Positions 28,401-33,408 of a stretch of DNA of 37,851 nt are shown here, piece after piece; positions within the stretch are counted from its first letter, which is position 1, and each line of letters opens with the position of its first letter. The position numbers and the translations under genes are program-made. The notes below the pieces were generated by a model. It was given only the letters and a program-made list of their open reading frames with translations, searched no databases and was not told the origin of the DNA. Source of the DNA: Opitutia bacterium (GTDB lineage: Bacteria > Verrucomicrobiota > Verrucomicrobiia > Opitutales > Seribacteraceae); NCBI GenBank assembly GCA_018695085.1, contig JABHOU010000189.1, forward strand, positions 1 to 37,851, in the 5' to 3' direction.

Positions 28401-29627
28401 GGAATAGCCGGCAAAAGTGGAGCCGTCGAGCCAAGTCCAGTTTCCTTCGGTGGCATTCAAATCGAAATATTCGGTGGAGTTCGTATCTTTGTTGAAAGAA
28501 CTCCCTTTCGAGATATTTCCAGTAGTATTGATGTGATCGGTCCCCCCTATCCAGGCATATGGCACGGTTCCGTTGTACTCGGGAAACAAACCCATGACAT
28601 TGGCATCTTCCAAAAGTTTGCGGACATCCTCGTTTTCATGAGCGGAACCGATGCAAACCAACCGTCCACCACTGTTCTCCGCATTAGCCTTGGCCGTCTC
28701 CCAATCAGCAGGAGCGATGACCACCTTGTACTTGAGGTCAATGATCGTACTCGAGCCCGAACTGCCGGCGATGACCGGATAACGCACACGATTGCGGCCG
28801 GCTCGGCGCTCGGCTTCGCGAACTCGGCGCTCAAAGGCAAAAACACCTTCTTCACGAGGAAATTCATAGATTGCATCGGCGATTTCCACTGCGACCGAAC
28901 CTTCGATTTCACGGCCTCGAAGTTCGGTTTCTCCTAAACGGCGGACGGGATTCTCGTCCACCGCTACAATATCGCCGACAGCAATGCCCCGAATGGCGAG
29001 ACCCTTCATCGTGGGAAGTTTGTAGCGCTTGCCGTAAAGGGATGCCTTCAGGCGACGACCATCAGGAAGAATGACAGTGTGCCTTATGAAGCCGCCCAAG
29101 TGACTTGGGTCCAGACAGAAATGAACAGCTTCTACATCCGCATATGTATTAACCCAACTGCCCAAAAAGGGAAGAATGGCCTCTGGAAGACCATGCCTAT
29201 CGACCTGAGGAACAGCCAAGGACAAGGCGGCCTCGGGATCGGTACGGATCAAGTGAGCAAGAACCTCTTGGCGCTCTTTCGCCAATACAATCCCCCTCGC
29301 GACTTCGGCCCTACCCGCCTTGCGAGCAGCAACCCATTCACCAAAACGCTTGAAGGCCGGATCAGCTTTTGTCGCGATAATTCGAGATGGAGAACACCAT
29401 TCGAGATATTCAGTAGGACGATCATCGGATAAAGTCACTTTCCCGGGAACCAGCAAAGTCTTGGTCGAGAGATTACGGTCGTCCTGTTTTTTGGTGATGT
29501 TAATATTTTCGGGCAGGCGCGAGAGCAAAAAGAAAACCGTTCCGATAATACCAGCGACCGAAAGCATCCACACTGCACCGCGGAACAATAATTTGACTTT
29601 GGCAGTCCTTTTGCGGGTGGAAGACAT
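16455..29627 (-). CDS. Giant N-terminally membrane-anchored multidomain protein (4390 aa): C-type lectin, metzincin zinc protease, PKD-like, 2x LamG, CBM5/12-like, GxGY repeats, TSP3-like, DUF5011-like Ig, Ala-rich helical region, cadherin-like, Trp-rich C-terminal module
   Basis: An uninterrupted 13.2-kb ORF with a true ATG at 29627-29625 and TGA at 16457-16455. A basic N-terminus (MSSTRKRTAKVK) is followed by one hydrophobic helix. The individual domain motifs are listed as separate features. Confidence 0.92.
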   Translation of the reverse strand: MSSTRKRTAKVKLLFRGAVWMLSVAGIIGTVFFLLSRLPENINITKKQDDRNLSTKTLLVPGKVTLSDDRPTEYLEWCSPSRIIATKADPAFKRFGEWVAARKAGRAEVARGIVLAKERQEVLAHLIRTDPEAALSLAVPQVDRHGLPEAILPFLGSWVNTYADVEAVHFCLDPSHLGGFIRHTVILPDGRRLKASLYGKRYKLPTMKGLAIRGIAVGDIVAVDENPVRRLGETELRGREIEGSVAVEIADAIYEFPREEGVFAFERRVREAERRAGRNRVRYPVIAGSSGSSTIIDLKYKVVIAPADWETAKANAENSGGRLVCIGSAHENEDVRKLLEDANVMGLFPEYNGTVPYAWIGGTDHINTTGNISKGSSFNKDTNSTEYFDLNATEGNWTWLDGSTFAGYSNWAVGENDNATNPVLAEAEDFAVMDWNAGGVWRDLNHTFHLPYVIEMDLGDQPDASDVPISDNRKVLVIRARYQDEGVEYAGSSKPVVDEDGNIINPDKQQDAFEPVTGLQVRQVMEKVREFYQRNSDYKLNLDYVITGTVTMPTRKWSKHTMFGDDEIVEACEVDIDLPKTIAAQVSPEDWDFDGPAFKGVTGIEVSASGGGYLYPPLVRIEGGGGSGAKAEAFLDSNGSIASVLVTDTGRDYTAVPTVTVEGEHENKNDDPNATLTAKVGRTAVSWISITTCGSGGLGKVGAPGSHVTASSWEAGVAAHELGHNFGFQHANRYESVGEKAISDEGGVIDYGNPYSVMGTGGIGADLTVAAKIVAQFGYEEGNASGADATFLASGADIAASIWREPNATRQNVFRVYRHDYGSAPYPLRLGSYTVAVPANIDLPKDFPSGSITVSIGGPGTEVTATATGSKRSYELTITSPGIGFSEEPRIELLDDQNKSLLLDSAWIQVFAGQTPVKAELRDRSPSSAKGLRAIRLHASSKAPYWSYLVSYRQSATKNGLNLINADGADNVLLDLTRNTPDDFTDGSLMLGQTYSDYDSDVHITPISRGGNSPMEYLEVALNVGTVADGNASAPLFSLQTSNLRPEVNQGVEFTVILSGDANLSRYAFSWYHDERPLIGDAYLNQPTIIKTFDSVGNHNLRAVVSDMKGGVSSQTVVLAVGEPEQAGISRIEGVVESTTGPVQGARVVLQKAPIIQHVVTVSGDLLSSRIPAGLADTTKFFIDGQRSPRLEFRRGEIHRFEYEPSAKGYPITFYSAPDSEPAKVELRLIFSPRVEDPGSGYEQNPEVVLDGGIFDSYESNLTRSYVEYLEDNGSIFTPYRIVYKPYAKSLLAPTGVKKIRTRKVSGARGGNGHHPDFPPLVTINRQSLWEDYAEANATAKAYVDGVGTIIVLEAGAGYPDSPSIAVVGRGVEASASTKKMGVTNEKGQTEPDKLKEVSLADQGESYDLNTTLAIALYPPNPFAYWSFDREESLFRQNYYPRKDKLMLEPSPGWLRPITQSLKAHWSMDEENSTSSSDHHIGATPVLGQTTDYNATMELNASVFIADRSEWGIRGRAIRLQGNSTVEEYLAPDSPNKNKFLGDSFTVSLWVKPDGNGSFHGLASQKESGTNAFSLYWNTSDFVGILYKAEENSGSADNVVLSGGDLNASEWTHVAYAFDEDSATATMYVMGELVASKTFTLAGNFNKISGRASDFILGKAFTETPTTEYLNGFIDEVSVFDRALEPREIRQLSGDLFLDLSGQNRHGVAMDMPMNDPDELDAGVVPGNPNDGIDFNGTRYVDLSQAAQDFAPLSTGSVSFWFKTLSLANGTPVDGTILAASDKDDPDSFFRLMVRDTGQIQFLVSNGGAEITRVYTTETFNDDDWHHGLLVVNEVSSLFYVDGKAVDLRTAADGQNAPRGFFADVENIDYMAIGRHQTSEANQTNYFIGQLDEVWVFDRVLEAPEISFLYDLRPSAKDVFRASLEARVDSVGTVKVTAPGAGYKETPKVTFSPGDTPPGSNEPEPWDACATYVEGDLVRYRKTEIADYSTYSAIRENNNTKPEALNLMKNNSLHIYPAAVWQRYEHSEGQTANGVLALQPTGVESVLLTKDMGKALDIQLPDGKEIKRRYVEYVDDNGSAYIAGGGFVWAHPFASSQYSSPPWPGPVQGVFGFRAPPTIVIGGSKTDDNATGSHLFYLDPEESVLITDPGHGYSDPGFSEGDVRIRGKGSIPPRFESIMREQAIHGFILRRPGNGPYDLDVERNSTLDAIFDTLTENGFAGLSEEEKNLCMLEGTQYQNEDGTIILRHFPEITTKDNGDVVYYPASDNRFWGTEDVFYDANDGQLKLRNPERWLRFIGDDPVEEKPPVVEVFLSDKLDVARGVAPRKYEVKAMRINPERKDYGSGWVKPPTIYFDLNATKARQVNAKSVSFTNVLSRIQILDGGLGYSVPAEVNFHGGYTTPSNYRDLNHTRARINPDKVDENGTLSADAIELLDPGSGYSRPPFVSITGGGGIGARARAFLENNGSGMVAAILVTDGGRGYFNLDANNTPKVVLVNAGQKPTKEANVTMRLGGSLDEIPIQSSSMIHNVPLVKITDNAGTGTGATAFAKVVDGRVVKVIVEKAGNSYLDPRVEISATYNVDKEFQAKCSPIFRNGQIVEIIVDNPGAGYACPEVFVMGTGSGVDVIPVFNNNGKMVRLVYDDPALKNEELGPVTLPAGAGQGFGERPWALNEVARVVVVDEYRERLSPLGGSIYLGLPIPRDSAGDQISEFTIHDHGIGYGADAPSIRIDFNSSHAKSFRDACATTFLTKGLSKMVLDGNGTYKANGMWRSVFGEIPVVEVHRANLEGEDAYKLTSVGRNGGIDYNPLSHRRFMDVVVDDSFPSFSSYSLSDWDREGLGGEIHTLDSAPSLDWRVVTKWEPGKYHKGDVVWWGADAYEALATFVSGNLSKEYDPENEVDQFWRKLNGQSGAMSALGVITSFSFEDADLSISRISKERGSVSFEDAIRVHETEILGENIYSWAYLPDAWISYTDSNGYYSFPNLEPGLYNAAVLAEDSNLEEITFREDGNSTVTHVVYVPGIPSLRLETDQNGVGLSSLIWPEDVLRQGESTSTKKNLKGIGVGFRPGTIPVFSITPHPQNTGRGIPNLSTTVNPDGSLDIQIVDVNSSNHNSADSFTVFYGSTISGLDFREDYLFDRLDDAYWMGRKAAVDANASHLIISPSAGDNSVEMPISSSVAGDLNMTFTAKGYDRNGTLLDTDNVKWELEFDFNSTEGNLTKLASLSTIDGNSTTLILRSTLRSGKVASVRVDGGGTGYSDDNSTLVQIFGDGSGAFARISEVNSTGSVKAIEVVEGGSGYSVISGIRLSRPEGQTGTDANLTALVGGGLWLKATLGLLEQKVRLEASHRAQLTEKELWSDLHFDTVREGFIDWDDDNDTDGLNNSLEFSYRTNPWKADTDGDGLGDGSETTLRTDPNNADTDADGLLDGVETNTNTYVDANNTGTNPKNPDTDGDGWPDGLEVSFGLDPLNPEKGGAGISGTVYFQGEMNGTLYVLAIPEEEGVPVFEENKDVSSYLGGDKPLTPSSATFYFFKNLPTGKTYNIHAFIDRGESGDPSNKAYDYGEPVGNYSGSWDRSLSEDRSQVNFVVKDPPPLLTLLPMAESVIGGDGKEKAVYLNPGDEVFHLKPLASDDYDGVIDPKTVSEDGNATGIITIDDLNATQGSGTLKVSALAPPGVYHLIYTAADSAGSTGTVTRTIVIRDSKAPEISLFAGDLVTYEAGTEWEDPGYSAIDVVDGNLTHKVGVELATLAPPLGWGSSDVGTVLQLYNLNYIVQDIAGNQAIATRKVEIVDTIAPDLLLFGSPSMNLNKGEPFVEPGFSALDTVDGDLFNRVMVSGSLDENVTGTYELNYSVVDDSGNEIATKRTIYVADWNYTIAGKAMDGYLVGASVVFDIDGNGTHDLSSPVLTDESGAFSFSFTEEEFLKADANKNGAIDPEEGRILVYGGTDSSTLEPFTGLYVADANSTVVNPLSTLSSAFVEQGLSREDAKSKVAEALGLSASLDLFNYDPIAAAAEGDANASQALAASARVANAIRQGAAFVKYASDGNASGKSISAQLISEVAAKIASGAASPLGDASEMQNVLTSVVTTLGVAGVTAEDLAGAAQMSVAADGMIVESLAKGTAPDTLAVELAKIQAVVEDSIVQGYEKLRLEGGTPATLATAKSKELLSGQTSDYNGSVNIFPPTASNAEIALPADQWIQGVTILNLHGADADGDTVGFSISSGNPDTDKDGVAAFSLSEQGQLLVADEDEADHLSVGEAMVVALRLADGNGLYGTATVTVKRGNALGLSAAEVDGAQNWRQSEWFGDFFTNGSSWVFHESLGWLYVVSDRTGGFWFWDVELEVWWWSNPTFFPHFYLVRQTGSGWGYWDPKAVHPRYFDFDENSWKEKTK
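16458..16736 (-). other. Trp-rich C-terminal module of the 4390-aa protein (93 aa)
   Basis: Sequence NWRQSEWFGDFFTNGSSWVFHESLGWLYVVSDRTGGFWFWDVELEVWWWSNPTFFPHFYLVRQTGSGWGYWDPKAVHPRYFDFDENSWKEKTK. It has 15 Trp in 93 aa. It aligns by eye with 4738-5067. Confidence 0.7.
16785..17091 (-). other. Cadherin-like / VCBS-like beta domain
   Basis: Sequence IALPADQWIQGVTILNLHGADADGDTVGFSISSGNPDTDKDGVAAFSLSEQGQLLVADEDEADHLSVGEAMVVALRLADGNGLYGTATVTV. The pattern (A.D.DGD.l.fsi..g........F.i...G.l.v) is typical of bacterial cadherin-like domains. Confidence 0.5.
18030..18530 (-). repeat. Two tandem DUF5011-like (HYR-like) Ig domains
   Basis: First copy: APEISLFAGDLVTYEAGTEWEDPGYSAIDVVDGNLTHKV...YIVQDIAGNQAIATRKVEIVD. 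Second copy: APDLLLFGSPSMNLNKGEPFVEPGFSALDTVDGDLFNRVMVSG...YSVVDDSGNEIATKRTIYV. The consensus P.i.l.G......G..y.dpG..A.D..DG.l...v is conserved. A third, weaker copy lies upstream at about 18540-18800. Confidence 0.7.
19210..19521 (-). repeat. Thrombospondin type-3-like calcium-binding repeats
   Basis: Sequence DWDDDNDTDGLNNSLE...ADTDGDGLGDGSE...NADTDADGLLDGVE...NPDTDGDGWPDGLE...GLDPLNP, containing four to five DxDxDGxxDxxE loops. Confidence 0.75.
23895..25105 (-). other. Two tandem LamG / concanavalin-A-like lectin domains
   Basis: Domain 1: FTVSLWVKPDG...EWTHVAYAFD....MYVMGELV....FILGK......LNGFIDEVSVFDRALEPREIRQL. Domain 2: GSVSFWFKT...DDDWHHGLLVV....LFYVDGKAV......MAIGR......FIGQLDEVWVFDRVLEAPEISFL. 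These are classic Laminin_G_3-type motifs. Confidence 0.75.
26265..26530 (-). other. PKD-like Ig domain followed by a carboxypeptidase-regulatory-like segment
   Basis: Sequence LFSLQTSNLRPEVNQGVEFTVILSGDANLSRYAFSWYHDERPL...HNLRAVVSDMKGGVSSQTVVLAVG, then ISRIEGVVESTTGPVQGARVVLQ. Confidence 0.5.
27438..27470 (-). other. Metzincin zinc-binding motif HELGHNFGFQH (HExxHxxGxxH)
   Basis: The coding strand reads cac gag ctt ggg cat aat ttt ggg ttt cag cat (aa 720-730). A candidate Met-turn YSVMG lies about 30 aa downstream. The upstream segment KVLVIRARY...FYQRNSDYKLNLDYVITGTVTMP resembles the N-terminal half of gametolysin (M11)/reprolysin-like catalytic domains. Family assignment is not certain. 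Confidence 0.75.
28266..28736 (-). other. C-type lectin-like domain
   Basis: Sequence YKVVIAPADWETAKANAENSGGRLVCIGSAHENEDVRKLL...PYAWIGGTD...GNWTWLDGSTFAGYSNWAVGE...EDFAVMDW..GVWRDLN. This is the canonical pattern W..A...C...g..La.i.s..E..f......WIGl.d......W.W.DGs...y.nW. Boundaries are approximate. Confidence 0.7.
29520..29597 (-). other. Single N-terminal transmembrane segment (signal anchor or uncleaved signal peptide)
   Basis: aa 11-36, VKLLFRGAVWMLSVAGIIGTVFFLLS, preceded by the basic stretch STRKRTAK. No obvious A-x-A cleavage site follows. Confidence 0.6.
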
Positions 29628-29703
29628 TTTTATCCGGAATAAACTCAGTTTTCTTTTCGTCGACCTTGCTTACAATCTGGAATATATTGCAATGCCAACA
29701 GGT

Positions 29704-32700
29704 TCACGGAGCTCCCCCTAATTCACCCTTGAATTCTCTTCTTATGGTTCCAGTTGGCGTCATAATAACAGGATCTTTGAAAATGGACTGCGGGCTGATG
29801 TTTTGGATAACTTCTCGTACGGGCGAGCCGCCTCTACTTACAATACTTGCCGAGACGAAAATAAGCAAATTTCGCTTTTGATAACTTTCCGCCTGTGACT
29901 GAAACAGTTTTCCGATTAGGGGAATGTTTCCCAGCACCGGAATTTTGTCATTTACGGTCTTTACCTCTTCGCGAGTAAGACCACCAATAATGACAGTTGC
30001 ACCATCAAAGATGGTTACGGTTGTGTTCACCTTTCGGACTGAGAATATTGGCATGAGAATGCCAGAAGGCGATGTTACGATACCCATGCCGGAAAAAGAC
30101 GCCACGGAAGAAATCTGCGAGCCTCCGTATTCTATAAAACCATCGAATTCAGTTACTTTTGGATTTAACTCCAATGCAATTGAATTGTATTTCTCAATCC
30201 TTGGGGTGACGTCAAGGACAACCCCGACTTCACGAAATCCAGGTTGCTCATCGTCGGGCGCAACTGTATCAAATTGAGGGAGTGCCGGCTGCGGGAATTG
30301 CACACCACCGCCTTGTTGGCCTCCTCCTCCGCCTTGTTGCTGGAGTTGCCAGTCGGTGGGATAAATAAATTCCTGAGCAATGGTAATGCTTGCCGGTTGT
30401 CCATCCATGACCGTAACCCGTGGGGCGCTTAGCAAATCCGTACCTTGTTTTCTTTTTAGAGCGTTAACCAAAAGCGTTGCCTCCCTCATACCCAAAATGG
30501 AGCCCGTCCAATCAACCAATGAATCTACCCCTGCGCCAATTCCTATGTTTCCCGGCATCATTGGAATGGGTTGACCAAATTGCTTATTAGCCTCGGGATT
30601 TTGGTCATACGTTATTTGAATGTTCCTTTCCACTCCACTGGGAGAGTGCGCCAAGGCCAATGTTCTGGTGTTCCCTTTGAAGTTTTTGTCGTATCTCATC
30701 AAGGGCTTACCATTTGAATCAATTGTTGGCATCCCCGTAGCGGTATCAAAGATGGGTCGAGAATTTCCCCAGCGCATGTTCCAATCAAAGCTTATTTCAT
30801 CCAAAACACCTTCTTGCACCTCGAGAAACTTTGTCTCAATTTCAACTTGTCGGCTAGAGTCTTGGTCCAATCGCTCGAGAATGCGCTCGATCAAATCCAA
30901 AAATCGCCGCTCGTGAGTAACGATCATTTGGAAGCCGTCAAATACGAACTTATGACCTCTGGCGTCTTCAAATGGTATGCCCGCCTGTTCGAGAAAACCG
31001 CGAATTTTGGCTCCGACATCATCAGCACCTCCGCCGGCACCCCCACCGCCTGGAGGCGCAAAGGGATCGGCACCACCACCACCACCACCAGCACCTGCAC
31101 CTCCGGTCATTCTTTGTATCGTACCTTGAGAAACTTCGTAAAATTCCGTTTCCAACCCGATCGGTCGGCCACCTCCGGCACCTGATTTCGAGAGAACAAC
31201 TGCATCGTTTCTTACGTCGAAACTCCAGCCGACCATTTCCGAGATGAAGCTGATCATTTGATCCAGAGCCATTCCGTTTAAAGTGATGGTAACATTAGGA
31301 GGAGCCTCACCCGCAACCTGCAAAACAACGATGTTTACGCCTTTTTTCGTTGGGTCAGGTTCGGCAAAGTCAAATTGCTTGGCAAGTCTTTGCAGTTCCG
31401 CCGCCACTTCCGGTAAGGGAGATTCGAAAAACTGAACCGCCGGAATATTAATTGTCTTTAGTTTTTCCAATAAATTGTTTCCTGTTTCCTGGACGGGTTT
31501 AACATCGTCGATTTGTCGCTCGAAAACCTTTGGCCTCTCCCATTCCCGATTAATTTCCTCAAGCATGGACTCCCGTGTTTGAAGATAACCGAGATAGCTT
31601 TCCTCTTGGCGGATTTTGGCAATGCGACGAAGCATCTGCTTGGCTTCATAATTGTCTGAATAGCGGGCTTCGACAAGGCGGTAGGTCTCTTGAGCACCCG
31701 TTAAATCGTTATTGATGAACTGCACTTTTGCCCGCATGAGCAATTCGCTCAAATCAGCCAACTGATCTTCCCGGTCGGGTGAAAATTCCGATATATGCCG
31801 TCGGTAAGGGTTTTTCATATCACCCTCGATTCTGTCCCGCATCCTGTCGGATCTTTTCATAAGATTGTCTACAGAGCCTTTACCCTTCGTGGAATCTAGA
31901 CCCGGTCTACCAAGGTCCATTTCACCTGCACCCATGACATTTCTATCCTGCAAAAGACCCGTCCTATAAGCATCGGTATACTGATTGGCTAATTCCCAAT
32001 CTTTTGCCTTTCTGGCATCCTCTGCTTTTTCTAAATTGATTTGATTGCGAGTTATCGCGGCATCCAAAATGATTGGCCAAGTGCGAGTGCTTGGTTCAAG
32101 ATAATTAGTAATTTTCACTAGATCCTGCTCTGCCTTTCCATATTCCTTGTCTCGGATATTGCCCTTGGCTTCAGCAAGCATCTTTTCGGCAAGTTCCGCC
32201 TGTTGCTCTGCTTTCTCCCTCGCCTTTATCATTTCCCCTTCGAAGTCAGGCCCTTCTTCGATCCCCAGCGTGGCAACCTCTTCACTTCGTCGCTCCTTTT
32301 CCACATCTTGATACTCAAGCACGAGGGCCTGAACATTGCCCACGCGACCCTTTTGCATCGCTTCACCGATCCGATACCAAAGGATTTGCTGTTTGGCTTT
32401 GTACAGGTCGCTCATCAAGGCGATCGTCGCCACATTTTTGGGCAAAAGAGATAGGGCTTCATTCACTTGGTCTGTAGCCAATTCGTACTGACCATCTGCG
32501 GCATCCACTCGGGCTTTTTCCAATAATCGTTCTCCTCTGCTTTTCGCCTTAACGAGTTCTTGTTGCTCTTTGGCCATAATACGCTCGTAGTCTACTTTTG
32601 CATCACTTTCGGGAAGACCTGATTTCGCCCGAATTTCCGCTAGTTCTTTTTTTGCTTCATCGAGTTCTTCGACGAGCTTTCCCACGAGAGAAACATCGCT

Positions 32701-33408
32701 TTTACCTTGGGTGCCAATACGCACCTCTCGTGCTCGTTTGCGATCCTCGGCGTCACGGGCAACATTTTCTTGATAACGTCCGAGATATTGACTCGCCAGA
32801 GAATATCTTTTTTCCTTAAGGGCTTTATGGGCCATGCGATAATAGAGATTTGTTTGTTCTCTGCGAAACTGCCTTAGGTAGAACGCGTTTTCGGCTGTCT
32901 CGGCAAATGTACGAAGAGTTTGCTCTGTCAAGGCCTGAGCTCCCTGATAGTCTTCCCTTCTTAAGCGAATCCTCACTTCGTCGAGGAGTCGCAAAAGACC
33001 AGCGTTATCCGTTACTGGAGGCAGGCTAAAACCTGATGGCTCCACTAAACCAGGTTGAGTTCGCTCAGATAAATTCGTTTCATCCTCCTGCGGTAGGGAG
33101 GGTTGCGTTTCGGGCAAAGTCAATGCGTCCGATGCTGGAACAGCGTCGGGAGGTAAGGACGCGGGTTCTCCCTCGTTAATTGGTGAAAGAGGAGCGGGAG
33201 CGAGAGGGGCGGGCTCTAGCACACCAGGCAAAGGAGGTAATGATGGCGGGGTTTCAATGGTAGCGGGCTCTCCTTCGCCGAATCCTGGCAAGGGAGGAAG
33301 TCCATCCGGGATGGGAGTAGGTTGATCAAGCGGAGGCAAGGGAGGAAGCGATTGTGCATAGCCCGAGAAAACTGCACAAAAGCCTGCAAGTAAAAAAGCC
33401 GTTCGCAT
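29704..33408 (-). CDS. Secretin (PilQ/GspD superfamily), unusually long, with Pro-rich, TPR-like helical and Gly-rich additions
   Basis: C-terminal secretin hallmarks are present: RQVEIETKFLEVQEG, LLSAPRVTVMDGQPASITIAQEF, VVLDVTPRI, VNTTVTIFDGATVIIGGLTREEVKTVNDKIPVLGNIPLIGKLFQSQAESYQKRNLLIFVSASIV. The maximal ORF starts at ATG 33453 (1249 aa). I prefer ATG 33408 because it yields the signal peptide MRTAFLLAGFCAVFSGYAQS and is preceded by AGGAAAGAG. Confidence 0.9.
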   Translation of the reverse strand: MRTAFLLAGFCAVFSGYAQSLPPLPPLDQPTPIPDGLPPLPGFGEGEPATIETPPSLPPLPGVLEPAPLAPAPLSPINEGEPASLPPDAVPASDALTLPETQPSLPQEDETNLSERTQPGLVEPSGFSLPPVTDNAGLLRLLDEVRIRLRREDYQGAQALTEQTLRTFAETAENAFYLRQFRREQTNLYYRMAHKALKEKRYSLASQYLGRYQENVARDAEDRKRAREVRIGTQGKSDVSLVGKLVEELDEAKKELAEIRAKSGLPESDAKVDYERIMAKEQQELVKAKSRGERLLEKARVDAADGQYELATDQVNEALSLLPKNVATIALMSDLYKAKQQILWYRIGEAMQKGRVGNVQALVLEYQDVEKERRSEEVATLGIEEGPDFEGEMIKAREKAEQQAELAEKMLAEAKGNIRDKEYGKAEQDLVKITNYLEPSTRTWPIILDAAITRNQINLEKAEDARKAKDWELANQYTDAYRTGLLQDRNVMGAGEMDLGRPGLDSTKGKGSVDNLMKRSDRMRDRIEGDMKNPYRRHISEFSPDREDQLADLSELLMRAKVQFINNDLTGAQETYRLVEARYSDNYEAKQMLRRIAKIRQEESYLGYLQTRESMLEEINREWERPKVFERQIDDVKPVQETGNNLLEKLKTINIPAVQFFESPLPEVAAELQRLAKQFDFAEPDPTKKGVNIVVLQVAGEAPPNVTITLNGMALDQMISFISEMVGWSFDVRNDAVVLSKSGAGGGRPIGLETEFYEVSQGTIQRMTGGAGAGGGGGGADPFAPPGGGGAGGGADDVGAKIRGFLEQAGIPFEDARGHKFVFDGFQMIVTHERRFLDLIERILERLDQDSSRQVEIETKFLEVQEGVLDEISFDWNMRWGNSRPIFDTATGMPTIDSNGKPLMRYDKNFKGNTRTLALAHSPSGVERNIQITYDQNPEANKQFGQPIPMMPGNIGIGAGVDSLVDWTGSILGMREATLLVNALKRKQGTDLLSAPRVTVMDGQPASITIAQEFIYPTDWQLQQQGGGGGQQGGGVQFPQPALPQFDTVAPDDEQPGFREVGVVLDVTPRIEKYNSIALELNPKVTEFDGFIEYGGSQISSVASFSGMGIVTSPSGILMPIFSVRKVNTTVTIFDGATVIIGGLTREEVKTVNDKIPVLGNIPLIGKLFQSQAESYQKRNLLIFVSASIVSRGGSPVREVIQNISPQSIFKDPVIMTPTGTIRREFKGELGGAP
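29790..30853 (-). other. Secretin core domain with internal insertions
   Basis: It runs from RQVEIETKFLEV to the C-terminal KRNLLIFVSASIV block. It contains a Q/G-rich insertion, WQLQQQGGGGGQQGGGVQFPQPALPQF, at about 30271-30352. Confidence 0.8.
31500..33000 (-). repeat. About 500-aa helical region with TPR-like hairpins in the secretin N-terminal half
   Basis: Recurrent units: REDYQGAQALTEQTL, EKRYSLASQYLGRY, DGQYELATDQVNEAL, DKEYGKAEQDLVKI, AKDWELANQYTDAY, NNDLTGAQETYRLV. They sit in highly charged K/E/R/A-rich sequence. Boundaries are approximate. Confidence 0.5.
33095..33352 (-). repeat. Proline-rich LPPLP-repeat segment directly after the secretin signal peptide
   Basis: Sequence QSLPPLPPLDQPTPIPDGLPPLPGFGEGEPATIETPPSLPPLPGVLEPAPLAPAPLSPINEGEPASLPPDAVPASDALTLPETQPSLPQ. 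Confidence 0.85.

Noticed and set aside
27633-28937. A 434-aa + strand ORF antisense to the 4390-aa gene
   Set aside because: It lies entirely inside, and opposite to, a region whose minus-strand translation has clear C-type lectin and metzincin motifs. Its own translation is Ser/Ile/Gly/His-rich with no motif. Long antisense ORFs are expected by chance opposite very long genes.
4735-29627. The possibility that the two giant ORFs are pseudogenes, assembly chimeras of repeats, or a single split gene
   Set aside because: Both frames are uninterrupted for 11.6 and 13.2 kb. The repeats are diverged at DNA level, so collapse or mis-join is unlikely. The downstream gene has its own signal peptide, and the upstream gene ends with a complete C-terminal module before the 146-nt AT-rich spacer.
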